Source: a virus
Reading direction: 5' to 3' (one strand)
Length of the DNA: 64,000 nucleotides
IMG/VR virus record: IMGVR_UViG_3300036770_005504
Location: 9,045 to 73,044 of that record
Shown: positions 18,892-28,380 of the stretch, in pieces
Layout: each line of letters begins with the position of its first letter
Position numbering within the stretch: the stretch's first letter is position 1
Program-made: the position numbers and the translations under genes
The notes under the pieces: generated by a model
Seen by the model: only the letters and a program-made list of their open reading frames with translations
Databases searched by the model: none
What the model was told of the DNA's origin: nothing

Positions 18892-18923
18892 AAAAAAAAG
18901 AAAGGTTCCATTATGGAACCTTT
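18892..18923 (-). terminator. Rho-independent terminator
   Basis: AAAGGTTCCA-TAA-TGGAACCTTT hairpin followed by a U-tract on the minus strand, downstream of the OMP gene. Confidence 0.8.
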
Positions 18924-18943
18924 GTTATCAATGGAAATAAGAT

Positions 18944-19390
18944 TTAAAAGTTATACTTTAGTCCTACGCCCACACTAGTTCCGTTGTGCACTTTCATACT
19001 ACCACCTCCTACATTTCGTCGCAGATCAGCGGCAACAGAAATGTTTTTGTATAGTGGCATCGATGCGCCCAAACCGACCACACTGGTTAGACCATCTTTG
19101 GCAGTATCACTGGTAATATAACTAGCACCGAATTGTCCTTCTACAGTTAGCCCGGCCACCTGAAGTAGTTGATAGCCTGCAACCAAAGACAGTTGGTTTT
19201 GTTCACCCACTGCCACATCATATCGTTCTGCTGATGCAGAGAGGCTAAATTTTTGCCAAGAATCGGTGACAGACACAGATACACCATTGAGGTCATTGGT
19301 GACATCTCGACTATAGCCCACACCAAAATCCACAGCAGAAGCAGTGTTCAATGCTGACAACAAAGCAAGAGTAATAAGTGGTTTTTTCAT
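18944..19390 (-). CDS. Small outer-membrane beta-barrel protein (OmpA-TM/Ail/Lom-like)
   Basis: Signal peptide, amphipathic strands, C-terminal VGVGLKYNF beta-signal. Confidence 0.8.
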   Translation of the reverse strand: MKKPLITLALLSALNTASAVDFGVGYSRDVTNDLNGVSVSVTDSWQKFSLSASAERYDVAVGEQNQLSLVAGYQLLQVAGLTVEGQFGASYITSDTAKDGLTSVVGLGASMPLYKNISVAADLRRNVGGGSMKVHNGTSVGVGLKYNF

Positions 19391-19440
19391 ATAGTTTCCT
19401 TTTTGTTTAGTATATACCTATATAATTTCGCATGAGTTTT

Positions 19441-19761
19441 TTATTGAGCAACACGGACATCAGTGTTCAGTGAAGGGCAATACTCTCGAATCAGTTCGCG
19501 TTCGCGTTGATGAGCTTGAGTTTTGCCACGAACAGTATCAATGATACTGACAACAAATGATTCAACACCGTGTTCGCGGATAGCTTGATATAGCTTCCAT
19601 CCGTGGCTTTCGCTACGAGCACGATAAACATGTTTGTTCCAACGAACCATAACACTGCGATTGACTGTGGATTGAGTTTTGGCTGTGACACCGATATAAA
19701 ACTCTTGCCCACATTCCAACATGTAGATGATATGGGTCCGGTCGCTGCGTTTTTTTCTCAT
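19441..19761 (-). CDS. GIY-YIG nuclease domain protein
   Basis: IIY...FYIGVT, RW..H, E..LI....P.LN. Confidence 0.8.
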   Translation of the reverse strand: MRKKRSDRTHIIYMLECGQEFYIGVTAKTQSTVNRSVMVRWNKHVYRARSESHGWKLYQAIREHGVESFVVSIIDTVRGKTQAHQRERELIREYCPSLNTDVRVAQ

Positions 19762-19767
19762 GTTGTA

Positions 19768-19796
19768 ATTATACGATCAAGTGTGATTTTTGTCAA
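19768..19796 (-). promoter_or_regulatory. Consensus sigma70 promoter
   Basis: TTGACA-17 nt-TATAAT, 6 nt before the GIY-YIG ATG. Confidence 0.85.
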
Positions 19797-19852
19797 GTCA
19801 ATTTTTACAAATTCTGTAAAAATTTTGTTACAAAACTACAACTTCAACTACT

Positions 19853-19881
19853 ATTATACAGGAATAGTCTTTTTTGGTCAA
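19853..19881 (-). promoter_or_regulatory. Sigma70-type promoter
   Basis: TTGACC-17 nt-TATAAT. Confidence 0.7.
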
Positions 19882-20252
19882 GTGTTTTTTCGATAATTTT
19901 TTAAAAAACATTCAAGATCGTTGTATAGCGACATCCAGAAAATTTCTTGACTGTCACCAAACATACAAATATCTAGACATGAAATTTTTGGTTCAACATG
20001 ATAGAAAAATGGGGTGCTAAATGCTCTATCTAATGCCAATACATTAGATAAAGTCATATTTTTATAGAGTTTTAGTTTCAGATGATGTTGTGGTAGTTCA
20101 CTAAATGTGTTGAAAAGATAGTGTCCTGTATTGGTCAATCTAAAACTATTGACATTGGGATTCAACCAGATTTGCAATTTTTCTGTATCAAACAGTTGGT
20201 CTTGTTTGGCCAGTTGGTTTAAAATATACTGATGATAATCATCTTTAGTCAT
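19878..20252 (-). CDS. Hypothetical protein
   Basis: 124-aa ORF coupled to upstream gene. Confidence 0.65.
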   Translation of the reverse strand: MTKDDYHQYILNQLAKQDQLFDTEKLQIWLNPNVNSFRLTNTGHYLFNTFSELPQHHLKLKLYKNMTLSNVLALDRAFSTPFFYHVEPKISCLDICMFGDSQEIFWMSLYNDLECFLKNYRKNT

Positions 20253-20538
20253 CTGGATAAATTTTTTGTCCAGCTCGTAACAGCACCACTGAAAATTTAT
20301 CAGTTTTAAATTGTGTATTTAATTTTTTTGCCAGATTAATTGCATGACCTTTGTTGCTGAAACTGACTTTGCGATATTTAGGACCGGGCACACTGGTCAA
20401 CAAGTAGCAGGTTTTTAAATTTATAGGTTGTTCATTATAAAAAACAGCCCAAATTCCCTCACTGGCTAATACTTGTTCACTGCGATAGTTGTTACGATTT
20501 GTGATCTCTGCGATGATTTTGGGCTTGGGTCTACTCAC
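20245..20538 (-). CDS. Hypothetical protein
   Basis: 97-aa basic ORF with AAGGA ribosome-binding site. Confidence 0.7.
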   Translation of the reverse strand: MSRPKPKIIAEITNRNNYRSEQVLASEGIWAVFYNEQPINLKTCYLLTSVPGPKYRKVSFSNKGHAINLAKKLNTQFKTDKFSVVLLRAGQKIYPDD

Positions 20539-20570
20539 TGATATTTCCTTGAATTATATCTACAGTTTAT

Positions 20571-20774
20571 TTATCGAAAATTTCCGCCGGACAGATCAAC
20601 ATTAATTTTTTCCTGTGTAGATGATTTGGATGACAGTTCCTCGACTCGATTCAATAAACGAGTTATATCCAATAAAAGATTTTTAGCGTCCTTCATAGAC
20701 ATAGAAAAGTCGTGTCGGCCACGTAATTCCTGTGAAGACACTTGGTCGATAAATTTATTGATATACAAACTCAT
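20571..20774 (-). CDS. Hypothetical protein
   Basis: 67-aa ORF with ATGA overlap. Confidence 0.65.
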   Translation of the reverse strand: MSLYINKFIDQVSSQELRGRHDFSMSMKDAKNLLLDITRLLNRVEELSSKSSTQEKINVDLSGGNFR

Positions 20775-21145
20775 AGTGGTTTAGTCAAATATTTTTTCAG
20801 TTCAGGAGGTTGCCAGCCCACGGGCTTAAGGATTTTTCCATCTTCTCTTTTTCTCACCAGACCGGTGCTACGGTCGATTTTGGCAAAATTAGTTGACATA
20901 ACTTCTTTCCACGCTCCTTCGCCGTCGGATCCCATACTATGGATAGCACCAATGGTCACTACCAAAATATCGATCAGTGCATCCAACATTTCCTCGTGAT
21001 CGTTGTCTTTGTTGGCTGCGAATAATTCGTTGTATTCTTCTTTGATCAAATTTAGATATAGATCAAATTGTTTATGATTAAATTCGTTGACTGTTTGACC
21101 GCAAGCTCGCATAAATTTTTCTTGGTCACGAAACACGTTTGACAT
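20771..21145 (-). CDS. MazG-like/PRA-PH NTP pyrophosphohydrolase
   Basis: LIKEEYNE, LDALID...V..G, EV..TN..K, REDGKILKP. Confidence 0.85.
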   Translation of the reverse strand: MSNVFRDQEKFMRACGQTVNEFNHKQFDLYLNLIKEEYNELFAANKDNDHEEMLDALIDILVVTIGAIHSMGSDGEGAWKEVMSTNFAKIDRSTGLVRKREDGKILKPVGWQPPELKKYLTKPL

Positions 21146-21153
21146 GATTTTCC

Positions 21154-21600
21154 TTATTTAATTTCAGTATTTTGTGCAGATTGACAAGTATAAAAGGGTC
21201 CTTGATATGGATATCGATTAATAGATATCAACTTGGGATTTTGTATCACAGACCAATCATCTCGAAATTTGATTCGATACCAACCGGCAGCGAACCAACA
21301 TCGACTTTTTCTTTGTTTAGTAAACAATGGCAATTTCCTTTTCAAGTCCCATACAGCATTATATGCTGGACATCCGGTATCAAATCCATAGACTTGATTT
21401 GAGTTTTGTGGTTTTTTAAAATTAATTTTTTCAAAAACTACATCATTTTTCTGTATAGACTGAATGTTCTTTGCTGTAAATTTTTGGTTACCGATTGTGA
21501 TCGAATAGCCTTGCCCCAAAGATTTAATGTTTCCTATTTTTTCTTGATCTTTTTGTAATATCCAAAATTCATTTTTTAATACTGGTTTCGCTACTATCAT
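21154..21600 (-). CDS. Hypothetical protein
   Basis: 148-aa ORF in operon. Confidence 0.7.
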   Translation of the reverse strand: MIVAKPVLKNEFWILQKDQEKIGNIKSLGQGYSITIGNQKFTAKNIQSIQKNDVVFEKINFKKPQNSNQVYGFDTGCPAYNAVWDLKRKLPLFTKQRKSRCWFAAGWYRIKFRDDWSVIQNPKLISINRYPYQGPFYTCQSAQNTEIK

Positions 21601-22594
21601 CTAGTATCCCTTGATATTTTTGATTTAACCATCGACCATATTGTTCAGATGATTCACTGAGTTTTATCAGTTCAAATTTTCCACAAAACTTAATAAATTT
21701 CGTGCCCACTTGTCCAACATCTTGTGTGCGAATTTGTGTTTGTATTGCTTGATCCACTGCTTGTTTGACCCAGTCTGGTTGAGCACGAAGATCAATCAAT
21801 ACTCGATTGCGTTGATAGTCATCAATTACTCGATGCTCAATGCCCAAATGATCTACCCATCTTTGTAGCATGAGATTGTTCCATGCAAAACCTCGATGAT
21901 TTCGATCTTGGAATGCTTCAAGCAACCCAATTTTATTTTTACTACTTTTCAGTCTTACATTGGGATAAGCTGAAAAAATATTGTCGGTGGGATCACCTCG
22001 CATACATTTCTCAAATAATAACCATTCGGGGTCGGGCACGGGGCGTGGTTGTCGAGTCCGTCGGTCGCGACATAATTGTCCTTTGGAATCAAATATTCCT
22101 TCCACGGTGATTAATTCGTCAGTGATACCGTTATATTGTCGAACAGTGGGCGTCAACAATTGCACAAAATCAGTGTCACTGCTGATAATTACATGTTCAT
22201 CATTGGGATGCAATGCAATCCACCTAGCAATGATATCATCGGCTTCGGCATTGGGGTGTTGAATCACTGAGCAATTGGTTTGATTTTTAAGGTATTCAAC
22301 AAAACGATCATAAGTTTCCCAAAACAATTGATCTTCTTTTTGTTGAGATGCGGTTTGTGCTGCTCTAGCAACTGCACGATTTTTTTTGTAAGGCTCATAA
22401 TGATCTTTTCGCCAACTACGTCCTTCTAGTGCAAACATGATATGATCTGCAGGAAACTGTCGACAAATTCGATTGATAGAGCTCATTGTGATATGTAGTG
22501 CATATCCGATTTTTTCATTGTCATCTGATGCTCGACTGGCAGTATGTCTTGCCCGAAAAAATGTATTGGCTGTGTCTATAAGAAGATATCGCAT
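21569..22594 (-). CDS. rnh: T4-like RNase H / 5'-3' exonuclease
   Basis: LLID..N, WRK..Y..YK.NR, EADDII, ISSDTDF.QL, GD.TDNI. Confidence 0.92.
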   Translation of the reverse strand: MRYLLIDTANTFFRARHTASRASDDNEKIGYALHITMSSINRICRQFPADHIMFALEGRSWRKDHYEPYKKNRAVARAAQTASQQKEDQLFWETYDRFVEYLKNQTNCSVIQHPNAEADDIIARWIALHPNDEHVIISSDTDFVQLLTPTVRQYNGITDELITVEGIFDSKGQLCRDRRTRQPRPVPDPEWLLFEKCMRGDPTDNIFSAYPNVRLKSSKNKIGLLEAFQDRNHRGFAWNNLMLQRWVDHLGIEHRVIDDYQRNRVLIDLRAQPDWVKQAVDQAIQTQIRTQDVGQVGTKFIKFCGKFELIKLSESSEQYGRWLNQKYQGILDDSSETSIKK

Positions 22595-22627
22595 GATTTA
22601 GGATGGTTTCTCTAATTTGAGAAAAAT

Positions 22628-22656
22628 ATTATAATATAATATTTCTAATGCGTCAA
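22628..22656 (-). promoter_or_regulatory. Sigma70-type promoter for rnh
   Basis: TTGACG-17 nt-TATAAT. Confidence 0.7.
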
Positions 22657-22847
22657 CTAATTTTGTGGACCTTGTTGGTCAATGTTAACCAAACCACCAT
22701 GGGTTGGTGATTTGTGGTAATTGTTATTTGTCGATAGTTACCAACAAAACTCCATTCATTGCCAGGTGCGCCCCAATTTTCTCGACATGATCTCAATGTT
22801 TCGACTATATGGGATTGTGTTCCTTTGATAGTGATATTTGACATCAA
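22653..22847 (-). CDS. Hypothetical protein
   Basis: 64-aa ORF overlapping the upstream stop. Confidence 0.55.
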   Translation of the reverse strand: MMSNITIKGTQSHIVETLRSCRENWGAPGNEWSFVGNYRQITITTNHQPMVVWLTLTNKVHKIS

Positions 22848-23227
22848 CTGATCTCTGATCGATTATTACCGATTTTTTTATCTTTGATAAAATTGGGCGA
22901 GTTATTAAAATTAATAGCTTGTTCTTGTTCCCATGTTTCCATGACCACATGTCGACAAATATTTTGAAACCAACGATCTACAATTTCGTTGTCGCGGTCC
23001 TCCTTTTTAAGTTGATACCCAGCACGAATCAAGTCAGCTACAAATTTATCGTTCCAGTCCAATTCAAAACTGCCTTGGTGAGGATTATCTATATCAAGTT
23101 CGAAACTGACAATTTTGATATAGGGTTCACCTCGTTCCGTGGCCAATTGTTTGGCTGATTTTTCATCAGTGGTTGTGTTTGACGATTTCTTACTAAATTT
23201 TTTAAACCAATTCCACATGGTTACCAA
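22844..23227 (-). CDS. Hypothetical protein
   Basis: 127-aa ORF (GSFELDWND.F...L..AGY). Confidence 0.7.
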   Translation of the reverse strand: MVTMWNWFKKFSKKSSNTTTDEKSAKQLATERGEPYIKIVSFELDIDNPHQGSFELDWNDKFVADLIRAGYQLKKEDRDNEIVDRWFQNICRHVVMETWEQEQAINFNNSPNFIKDKKIGNNRSEIS

Positions 23228-23403
23228 CTTTCGATATCAGTGATATCAATTTTAATTTTTGATTTAGATTCAAACTCAGCAGTGACTACAGATCCAATTC
23301 CACTGGAATTATCGAATATCAAATCTACATGATCAGGGTCATATTTTTCGAAAATTTCTAGTAATTTTTTAAATTCACCACGAGTCATTCGAAAAGATTT
23401 CAT
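23221..23403 (-). CDS. Hypothetical protein
   Basis: About 60-aa ORF coupled to the queE stop. Confidence 0.6.
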   Translation of the reverse strand: MKSFRMTRGEFKKLLEIFEKYDPDHVDLIFDNSSGIGSVVTAEFESKSKIKIDITDIESW

Positions 23404-24272
23404 TACGTTCCCCATTGATTTTTGAATAGTGGTACTTGAAGTCGATCGCTATATCTAAGACCGTTCTTCATTGCAAAGTCGGCAACACGTCGATTGTTTA
23501 AAGTATAGACACTTTCAACGCCTCCTACCGGCATGAGATAGCAAGGGCCTTGGAAACCTTCTGCACGATATATGTCTAAAGTTTCTATAGCTTCTTCAGC
23601 ATCATCTTCAGAGGCAACAACAAATTTAAGATATGTATAACCAACTTCCTCATATTCGCAGACAACGTCTGGGCGGATAGCTTCGTGTCGTTCCTCACCA
23701 GAGCAGCTAAGTTTAGCACTAACTGAAAATGTTACATCATCTCTGGATCTATCACTGCCCGACCAATTGACAAGATAGTTTTTAAATTCTGGTGTGAGTT
23801 TTTGAGTACCGTTGGTCTCGAAAGTGATTTCTTTAAGACCTGCCATCTTAGGATGATTCAGTAGATCGGAATAAGCACGTTGCCAACCCAGCAATGGTTC
23901 ACCGCCGGTGATTACTAAGTGTTCGTTTTGCCATTCTTTGTGTGGAAGGAGATCAACAATATTTTGAGCTAGGCCATCAATCTCAACCAGTGGACTCAAA
24001 TGTTTGAATTCTGGATAGACCGCAGCATAACTATCGCATCCTGTTTCGACTAATGGTAAACTTTTATAATCTTGATACCTATTAATATTATCAATAATAG
24101 AGACTACTTCAGGATTATGTGTTTCTTGATCTGGGATGGAGTTTTTGTCCCTGCCAAAGCCTTGACAACGAAAATTACAACCAAAAGTTCTTAGAAAGAC
24201 ACTGGGCACTCCCATATATCGGCCTTCGCCCTGAATAGAGTAAAATAGTTCCGATATTTTAATTTTAGACAT
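23403..24272 (-). CDS. queE: 7-carboxy-7-deazaguanine synthase (radical SAM)
   Basis: ELFYSIQGEG, VFLRT.GCN.RC, CDS, ITGGEP, ETNGT, LKFVV, YLMP, R.S.RLQ; clustered with folE and queD. Confidence 0.9.
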   Translation of the reverse strand: MSKIKISELFYSIQGEGRYMGVPSVFLRTFGCNFRCQGFGRDKNSIPDQETHNPEVVSIIDNINRYQDYKSLPLVETGCDSYAAVYPEFKHLSPLVEIDGLAQNIVDLLPHKEWQNEHLVITGGEPLLGWQRAYSDLLNHPKMAGLKEITFETNGTQKLTPEFKNYLVNWSGSDRSRDDVTFSVSAKLSCSGEERHEAIRPDVVCEYEEVGYTYLKFVVASEDDAEEAIETLDIYRAEGFQGPCYLMPVGGVESVYTLNNRRVADFAMKNGLRYSDRLQVPLFKNQWGT

Positions 24273-24576
24273 GTTGATCCTTATTGATTGCCTGCCCATT
24301 GTCGCCTATGAAAATAGTTGACCATTTACGCAGTTTTGTTCTTTTGTTTACAGCAGCAGAATCTATGTTTGCTTGATTTATGAGATTATTTTCTACCAGC
24401 AGTTCTATCATACAGATTAAATCACCAATTTCTTCTTCAAGATGTTGACGATTATTTCTGTGATCTTTTGGGTTCATTCCTAAAAACCCAAATCTATTTA
24501 CTTTACTAACTGCTTGGATTACCTCAGCACATTCTTCTTGCAATATAGCAAGTATTTCATCGGTATTGTCTATCAT
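24265..24576 (-). CDS. MazG-like nucleotide pyrophosphohydrolase
   Basis: EECAEVIQAVSK..R, LEEEIGDL. Confidence 0.8.
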   Translation of the reverse strand: MIDNTDEILAILQEECAEVIQAVSKVNRFGFLGMNPKDHRNNRQHLEEEIGDLICMIELLVENNLINQANIDSAAVNKRTKLRKWSTIFIGDNGQAINKDQHV

Positions 24577-25349
24577 TTTTTAATTGCCTTCACACATAGA
24601 TGCCATCCTAAATATTGTTTTATCGCCAATCTCATGGCCTCGGGCATGGCAGAAAACCAAGGTTCTAAGACATAGTTACCACGACGATATTCTTCTACAT
24701 TATACATGAAACAATGATTTTGTCTAATATCATTTATATCAAACAGCCCGGTAATTAACCAATGTATTTTGTCTACATCATATGTTTCTGCGTAGGGGCA
24801 ACCGGCTTGAGCCTCATATTGATCAAGACCGGCTTGAATCATGGCAGATTTCCAACTATGTTCAGCATAAACTAAAAATCTAAATTCTCCTTGGTCCTTG
24901 AGTAAGTTGTGGGCATTTTGAACTATCTGTCGTGGTTGTGGACTATGATGTATCACTCCCATACTATAAACCAAATCAAATTGACCCAAATGTTTCAATT
25001 GTGACCAATCGGTGGAATCTAGACAAAAAAATTGTGCTTCTAATTGCTGAATTGAAAACCGTTTTCGACAAAGATCTACACTGTTTTGACTGATGTCTAT
25101 GCCCACATATTCAGCGCCGTGGCGAACGAATTGCTCGGCATCAGTGCCAATACCGCATCCAATTTCCAAAACTCTGCGCCCTTGCCAAAGATGAAAATTT
25201 GCCAATTCATGGATATGTGGTTCTACAAAATATCTACGATGAGTTATTTCGTTCCAATATTGTGCAGTGTCAGGATCGGCCCGACTATGCAATACATTAC
25301 AAGGTTGATTATCCCAGTATTCGACGATTTTTTGTTCTAAATTTTTCAT
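24573..25349 (-). CDS. Class I SAM-dependent methyltransferase
   Basis: VLEIGCGIG, GIDIS, FDLVYS.GVIHH. Confidence 0.9.
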   Translation of the reverse strand: MKNLEQKIVEYWDNQPCNVLHSRADPDTAQYWNEITHRRYFVEPHIHELANFHLWQGRRVLEIGCGIGTDAEQFVRHGAEYVGIDISQNSVDLCRKRFSIQQLEAQFFCLDSTDWSQLKHLGQFDLVYSMGVIHHSPQPRQIVQNAHNLLKDQGEFRFLVYAEHSWKSAMIQAGLDQYEAQAGCPYAETYDVDKIHWLITGLFDINDIRQNHCFMYNVEEYRRGNYVLEPWFSAMPEAMRLAIKQYLGWHLCVKAIKK

Positions 25350-26173
25350 TGATTAACATCGATCCTAGTCAGTCGATTTTTAGTATCTGCAGCATACATT
25401 TTTGCCCAAATATCAATCTTGCCAGCACAACCATCTCGGAACCAATCACAAATTCGATTTTCGGTTTTTTCGATATAATTGCAAATTTTGTTGGCATCGC
25501 GTAAACGAATCTCTCTCCAATTACTGTGATTAAAGTCACGGGGGTCGTTGTGATTACCTTCTAACATGGGACGATTTTTGTATGTTTCGTCGTTGTTGAG
25601 ACCAGTTAGATCAAATCTTTCATGATGAACAAATACTGGTATATCGACCATGATGTCTAGTAGATATGCAATATGACTGACCCATGCATCATTGATCTGA
25701 TGTGGGCTGATATACCCAGTGACCTGTGTCCACTCACGGGGAATAATAGGAAAGATAGCATAGGGATGTTGATTAGTAGTTTCGGCTCTTAAAACTCGAA
25801 ACTGCCCTGTATATTTTTTAATTTCTAAATCCCAATCCTGTGTGTCCATCACTGCATCGTCATTGTAAAAAAACAACCAATCACCTTGACTGATCCGGGC
25901 CAATGCATTGAGATATTCATTGAGTCGAATATAACCAATGGGATTAAATGCCATTGCAGTATACCCACATCGATATTGCGTCTCTAACAATTTTTTAAGA
26001 TCGGTGGTGGCAAAATTAATTACTTCTTTGTCATCTCGATCTAATGCCAATAGTATTTCGATTTGTGTGGGATCATGTGCTCGTGACAACAAAGAAACCA
26101 AAGATTTTTCCAAAGATTGTATTCGTCCACGAGTGGGTAACAGTATACTGATTTTGTATTTTTGTTGATTCAT
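25346..26173 (-). CDS. Glycosyltransferase family 2
   Basis: ISILLPTRGR, EILLALD.DD, GDWLFFYNDD. Confidence 0.85.
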   Translation of the reverse strand: MNQQKYKISILLPTRGRIQSLEKSLVSLLSRAHDPTQIEILLALDRDDKEVINFATTDLKKLLETQYRCGYTAMAFNPIGYIRLNEYLNALARISQGDWLFFYNDDAVMDTQDWDLEIKKYTGQFRVLRAETTNQHPYAIFPIIPREWTQVTGYISPHQINDAWVSHIAYLLDIMVDIPVFVHHERFDLTGLNNDETYKNRPMLEGNHNDPRDFNHSNWREIRLRDANKICNYIEKTENRICDWFRDGCAGKIDIWAKMYAADTKNRLTRIDVNQ

Positions 26174-26409
26174 AAAAAAGACTTTATCAAAGGTGGCAAA
26201 TATATTATTGTAATTACTGTTTGAACAGTCAACAAACTATATTTTTTCCACATTATAGCTTGTATTGCCCAACCTAAATTACTTAAAAAAAGAAACCAAA
26301 TGTTTAATGGATATATGTTGAGTGAGGTCAATACAGCACCAATAATCAGTAATGCAGTAATACCCCACTCAAACCAAAATGTCCAGGGTTGCCTGAACAA
26401 TTTTATCAT
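26170..26409 (-). CDS. Small membrane protein (PnuC/half-transporter-like)
   Basis: 79 aa, three hydrophobic helices, EW..T...I.G..L.S.NIYP. Confidence 0.5.
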   Translation of the reverse strand: MIKLFRQPWTFWFEWGITALLIIGAVLTSLNIYPLNIWFLFLSNLGWAIQAIMWKKYSLLTVQTVITIIYLPPLIKSFL

Positions 26410-27101
26410 TTCATGTCTCTAGCTTCTTCGCGTGTGGGTGCTAGACTTACCAATGGAGTCAGCAGTAAAATAATAACCAATTTAAACAATGTTGACCCGG
26501 ACACGATTCTTGCAATTGCAGTGTCAAATGCCATGACCGAACCACCGAGAATCATCGGGAAAACAATAAATGCCAAAATTGTAAAAAATACAGCATCAAC
26601 TGGCAAGCTCAGTAAGTTACTAAAGAATGTTCTAGCCCAACTGCTGTAGTCACGATCCCATAACCATTGATAGATATAAGTATTAACCCATTGACTAATA
26701 ATAGTTGCTATCTCTGAACCTAATACGATTCCCAGACTCATTCGAAAAACTGCATCAAAATTCACACTGGGTCGAAAACTCGGGGCAGGCAAAAAAGTCA
26801 TTGCATACATAAATGCTGCAATAGCTAAATTCAATACTACACCAATCAGGATTGTTTGTCGAACAATCTCAGCACCGGCCAGTTTGTGCAACATATCGCG
26901 AACCACAAATACCACAGCAAATAATAGTGCCCCGGCTGGTGTTACTACCCAACCAAAATCTAAAAACTTCGCCGCAGCAAAATCTGCCACTGTCATGGTC
27001 ATGATCAGGGTAGCAGCTAATCCCAAAATCCAATAGAACGTTTTGTGATCTAATGTCATTGATGGATGATTTAAAAATTTATCATGTAATGAAGTTGTCA
27101 T
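26406..27101 (-). CDS. YhhQ/VUT-family queuosine-precursor transporter
   Basis: A.K, PAG...F...F..RD, SQ..N..IY, R...SN..S..VD...F; within the 7-deazaguanine cluster. Confidence 0.8.
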   Translation of the reverse strand: MTTSLHDKFLNHPSMTLDHKTFYWILGLAATLIMTMTVADFAAAKFLDFGWVVTPAGALLFAVVFVVRDMLHKLAGAEIVRQTILIGVVLNLAIAAFMYAMTFLPAPSFRPSVNFDAVFRMSLGIVLGSEIATIISQWVNTYIYQWLWDRDYSSWARTFFSNLLSLPVDAVFFTILAFIVFPMILGGSVMAFDTAIARIVSGSTLFKLVIILLLTPLVSLAPTREEARDMK

Positions 27102-27135
27102 TTTTTTCCTTTTCTAGAATGTGTATTTAAAATTA

Positions 27136-27666
27136 TTACAAAGATGACTCGTATATAGCACTATTGCCTGTGTGCTCAAAAACTTCTACCGAACGCAAAC
27201 GAACATTAGCGCCCACAGGATAACGTGCTTCGAATAATCGACCATCTGGATGTGTCCACCCTCGCCCTTCTTGATATGCTTGGAGTATTTCGTTCATTGT
27301 TCGATATGCCAACTCAGCAAATTTTTCACAGCCCACAGCTTCTACAATCCGTAGATCGCATACCCCACCTTGATCCTGTAGACCCAATTGAGCCATTTGC
27401 TTGAACATTTTGAGATGTGGATCATCCTGTGCAATGATCAGGGTATGATCAAATTGCCATTCGCTCCATTCCTTAAAGGCCTTAAGCCCGCCGAAATCCA
27501 TGACCCAATTACGATCATCTAATGTTGAGCTTTCGAATACCAATCTGATTCCTATGCTATAGCCATGTAGAAGCGAACAATGGCTATGAGTCGATCGCCA
27601 CTGTCTAAAACAGCAACTCAGTCCTCGATCATTGCCATAGGTTTTTGTTGATAGGTAAGTTGCCAT
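27136..27666 (-). CDS. queD: 6-carboxytetrahydropterin synthase
   Basis: HCSLLHGY, VMDFG.LK, FDH, E.FA, V.VFEH..N.A.Y. Confidence 0.88.
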   Translation of the reverse strand: MATYLSTKTYGNDRGLSCCFRQWRSTHSHCSLLHGYSIGIRLVFESSTLDDRNWVMDFGGLKAFKEWSEWQFDHTLIIAQDDPHLKMFKQMAQLGLQDQGGVCDLRIVEAVGCEKFAELAYRTMNEILQAYQEGRGWTHPDGRLFEARYPVGANVRLRSVEVFEHTGNSAIYESSL

Positions 27667-27673
27667 AACTTAG

Positions 27674-28366
27674 TTATTCCTCACGATTACCAAATAAGTT
27701 TAGTAGTGATAAGAATATATTAATGAAATTAAGATACAATGTCAATGCTCCTATAATCTCAACATTGCCATTTCCTGCTAGACTAACCGATTCTCGAATA
27801 CGTTGTGTATCCCAAGCAGTTAGTCCCAAAAAGACTACCACAGCAATGGCCGAGATCACCATAGACATAACACTACTACCGATGAAAACATTGATGATAC
27901 TGGCAATGACAACTGCAATCAAGCCCACAAACATAAACTGGCCCATACTTTCGAGACTTTTTTTGGTAAAATATCCATAAAAGCTCATTGTGCCAAATAA
28001 AATAGCAGCCGCCATAAAGGCACTGATAATACTACCTGTGGTATAGACCATAAAAATAGTAGCAGTGCTAATACCCATCAATGCAGCAAATCCATGCAGC
28101 ATCAATAGTGCAATTTCACGAGGCGGGTTGGCATTTAATGCCATAGTGATGCCAAAAATTGCTGCCAATGGGGCAAAAATCACAATCCATTTGACCCATC
28201 CAGTAAACAAAAAGCTCATCAACGCTGGACTGGTGCTGATCAATAATCCCACAATCATACTGGTCAAAACTGCCAACATCATGTGATTGTATACACGTAA
28301 CATGGCAGAATTGATTTCACTAGCACTGCGATAAATTGATGCAGTTTCGATCGAGTTCATTAGCAT
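27674..28366 (-). CDS. Bax inhibitor-1/YccA family membrane protein
   Basis: About seven TM helices; AWDTQRI, GALTLYLNFINIF. Confidence 0.92.
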   Translation of the reverse strand: MLMNSIETASIYRSASEINSAMLRVYNHMMLAVLTSMIVGLLISTSPALMSFLFTGWVKWIVIFAPLAAIFGITMALNANPPREIALLMLHGFAALMGISTATIFMVYTTGSIISAFMAAAILFGTMSFYGYFTKKSLESMGQFMFVGLIAVVIASIINVFIGSSVMSMVISAIAVVVFLGLTAWDTQRIRESVSLAGNGNVEIIGALTLYLNFINIFLSLLNLFGNREE

Positions 28367-28380
28367 ATAATTATTCTCCT

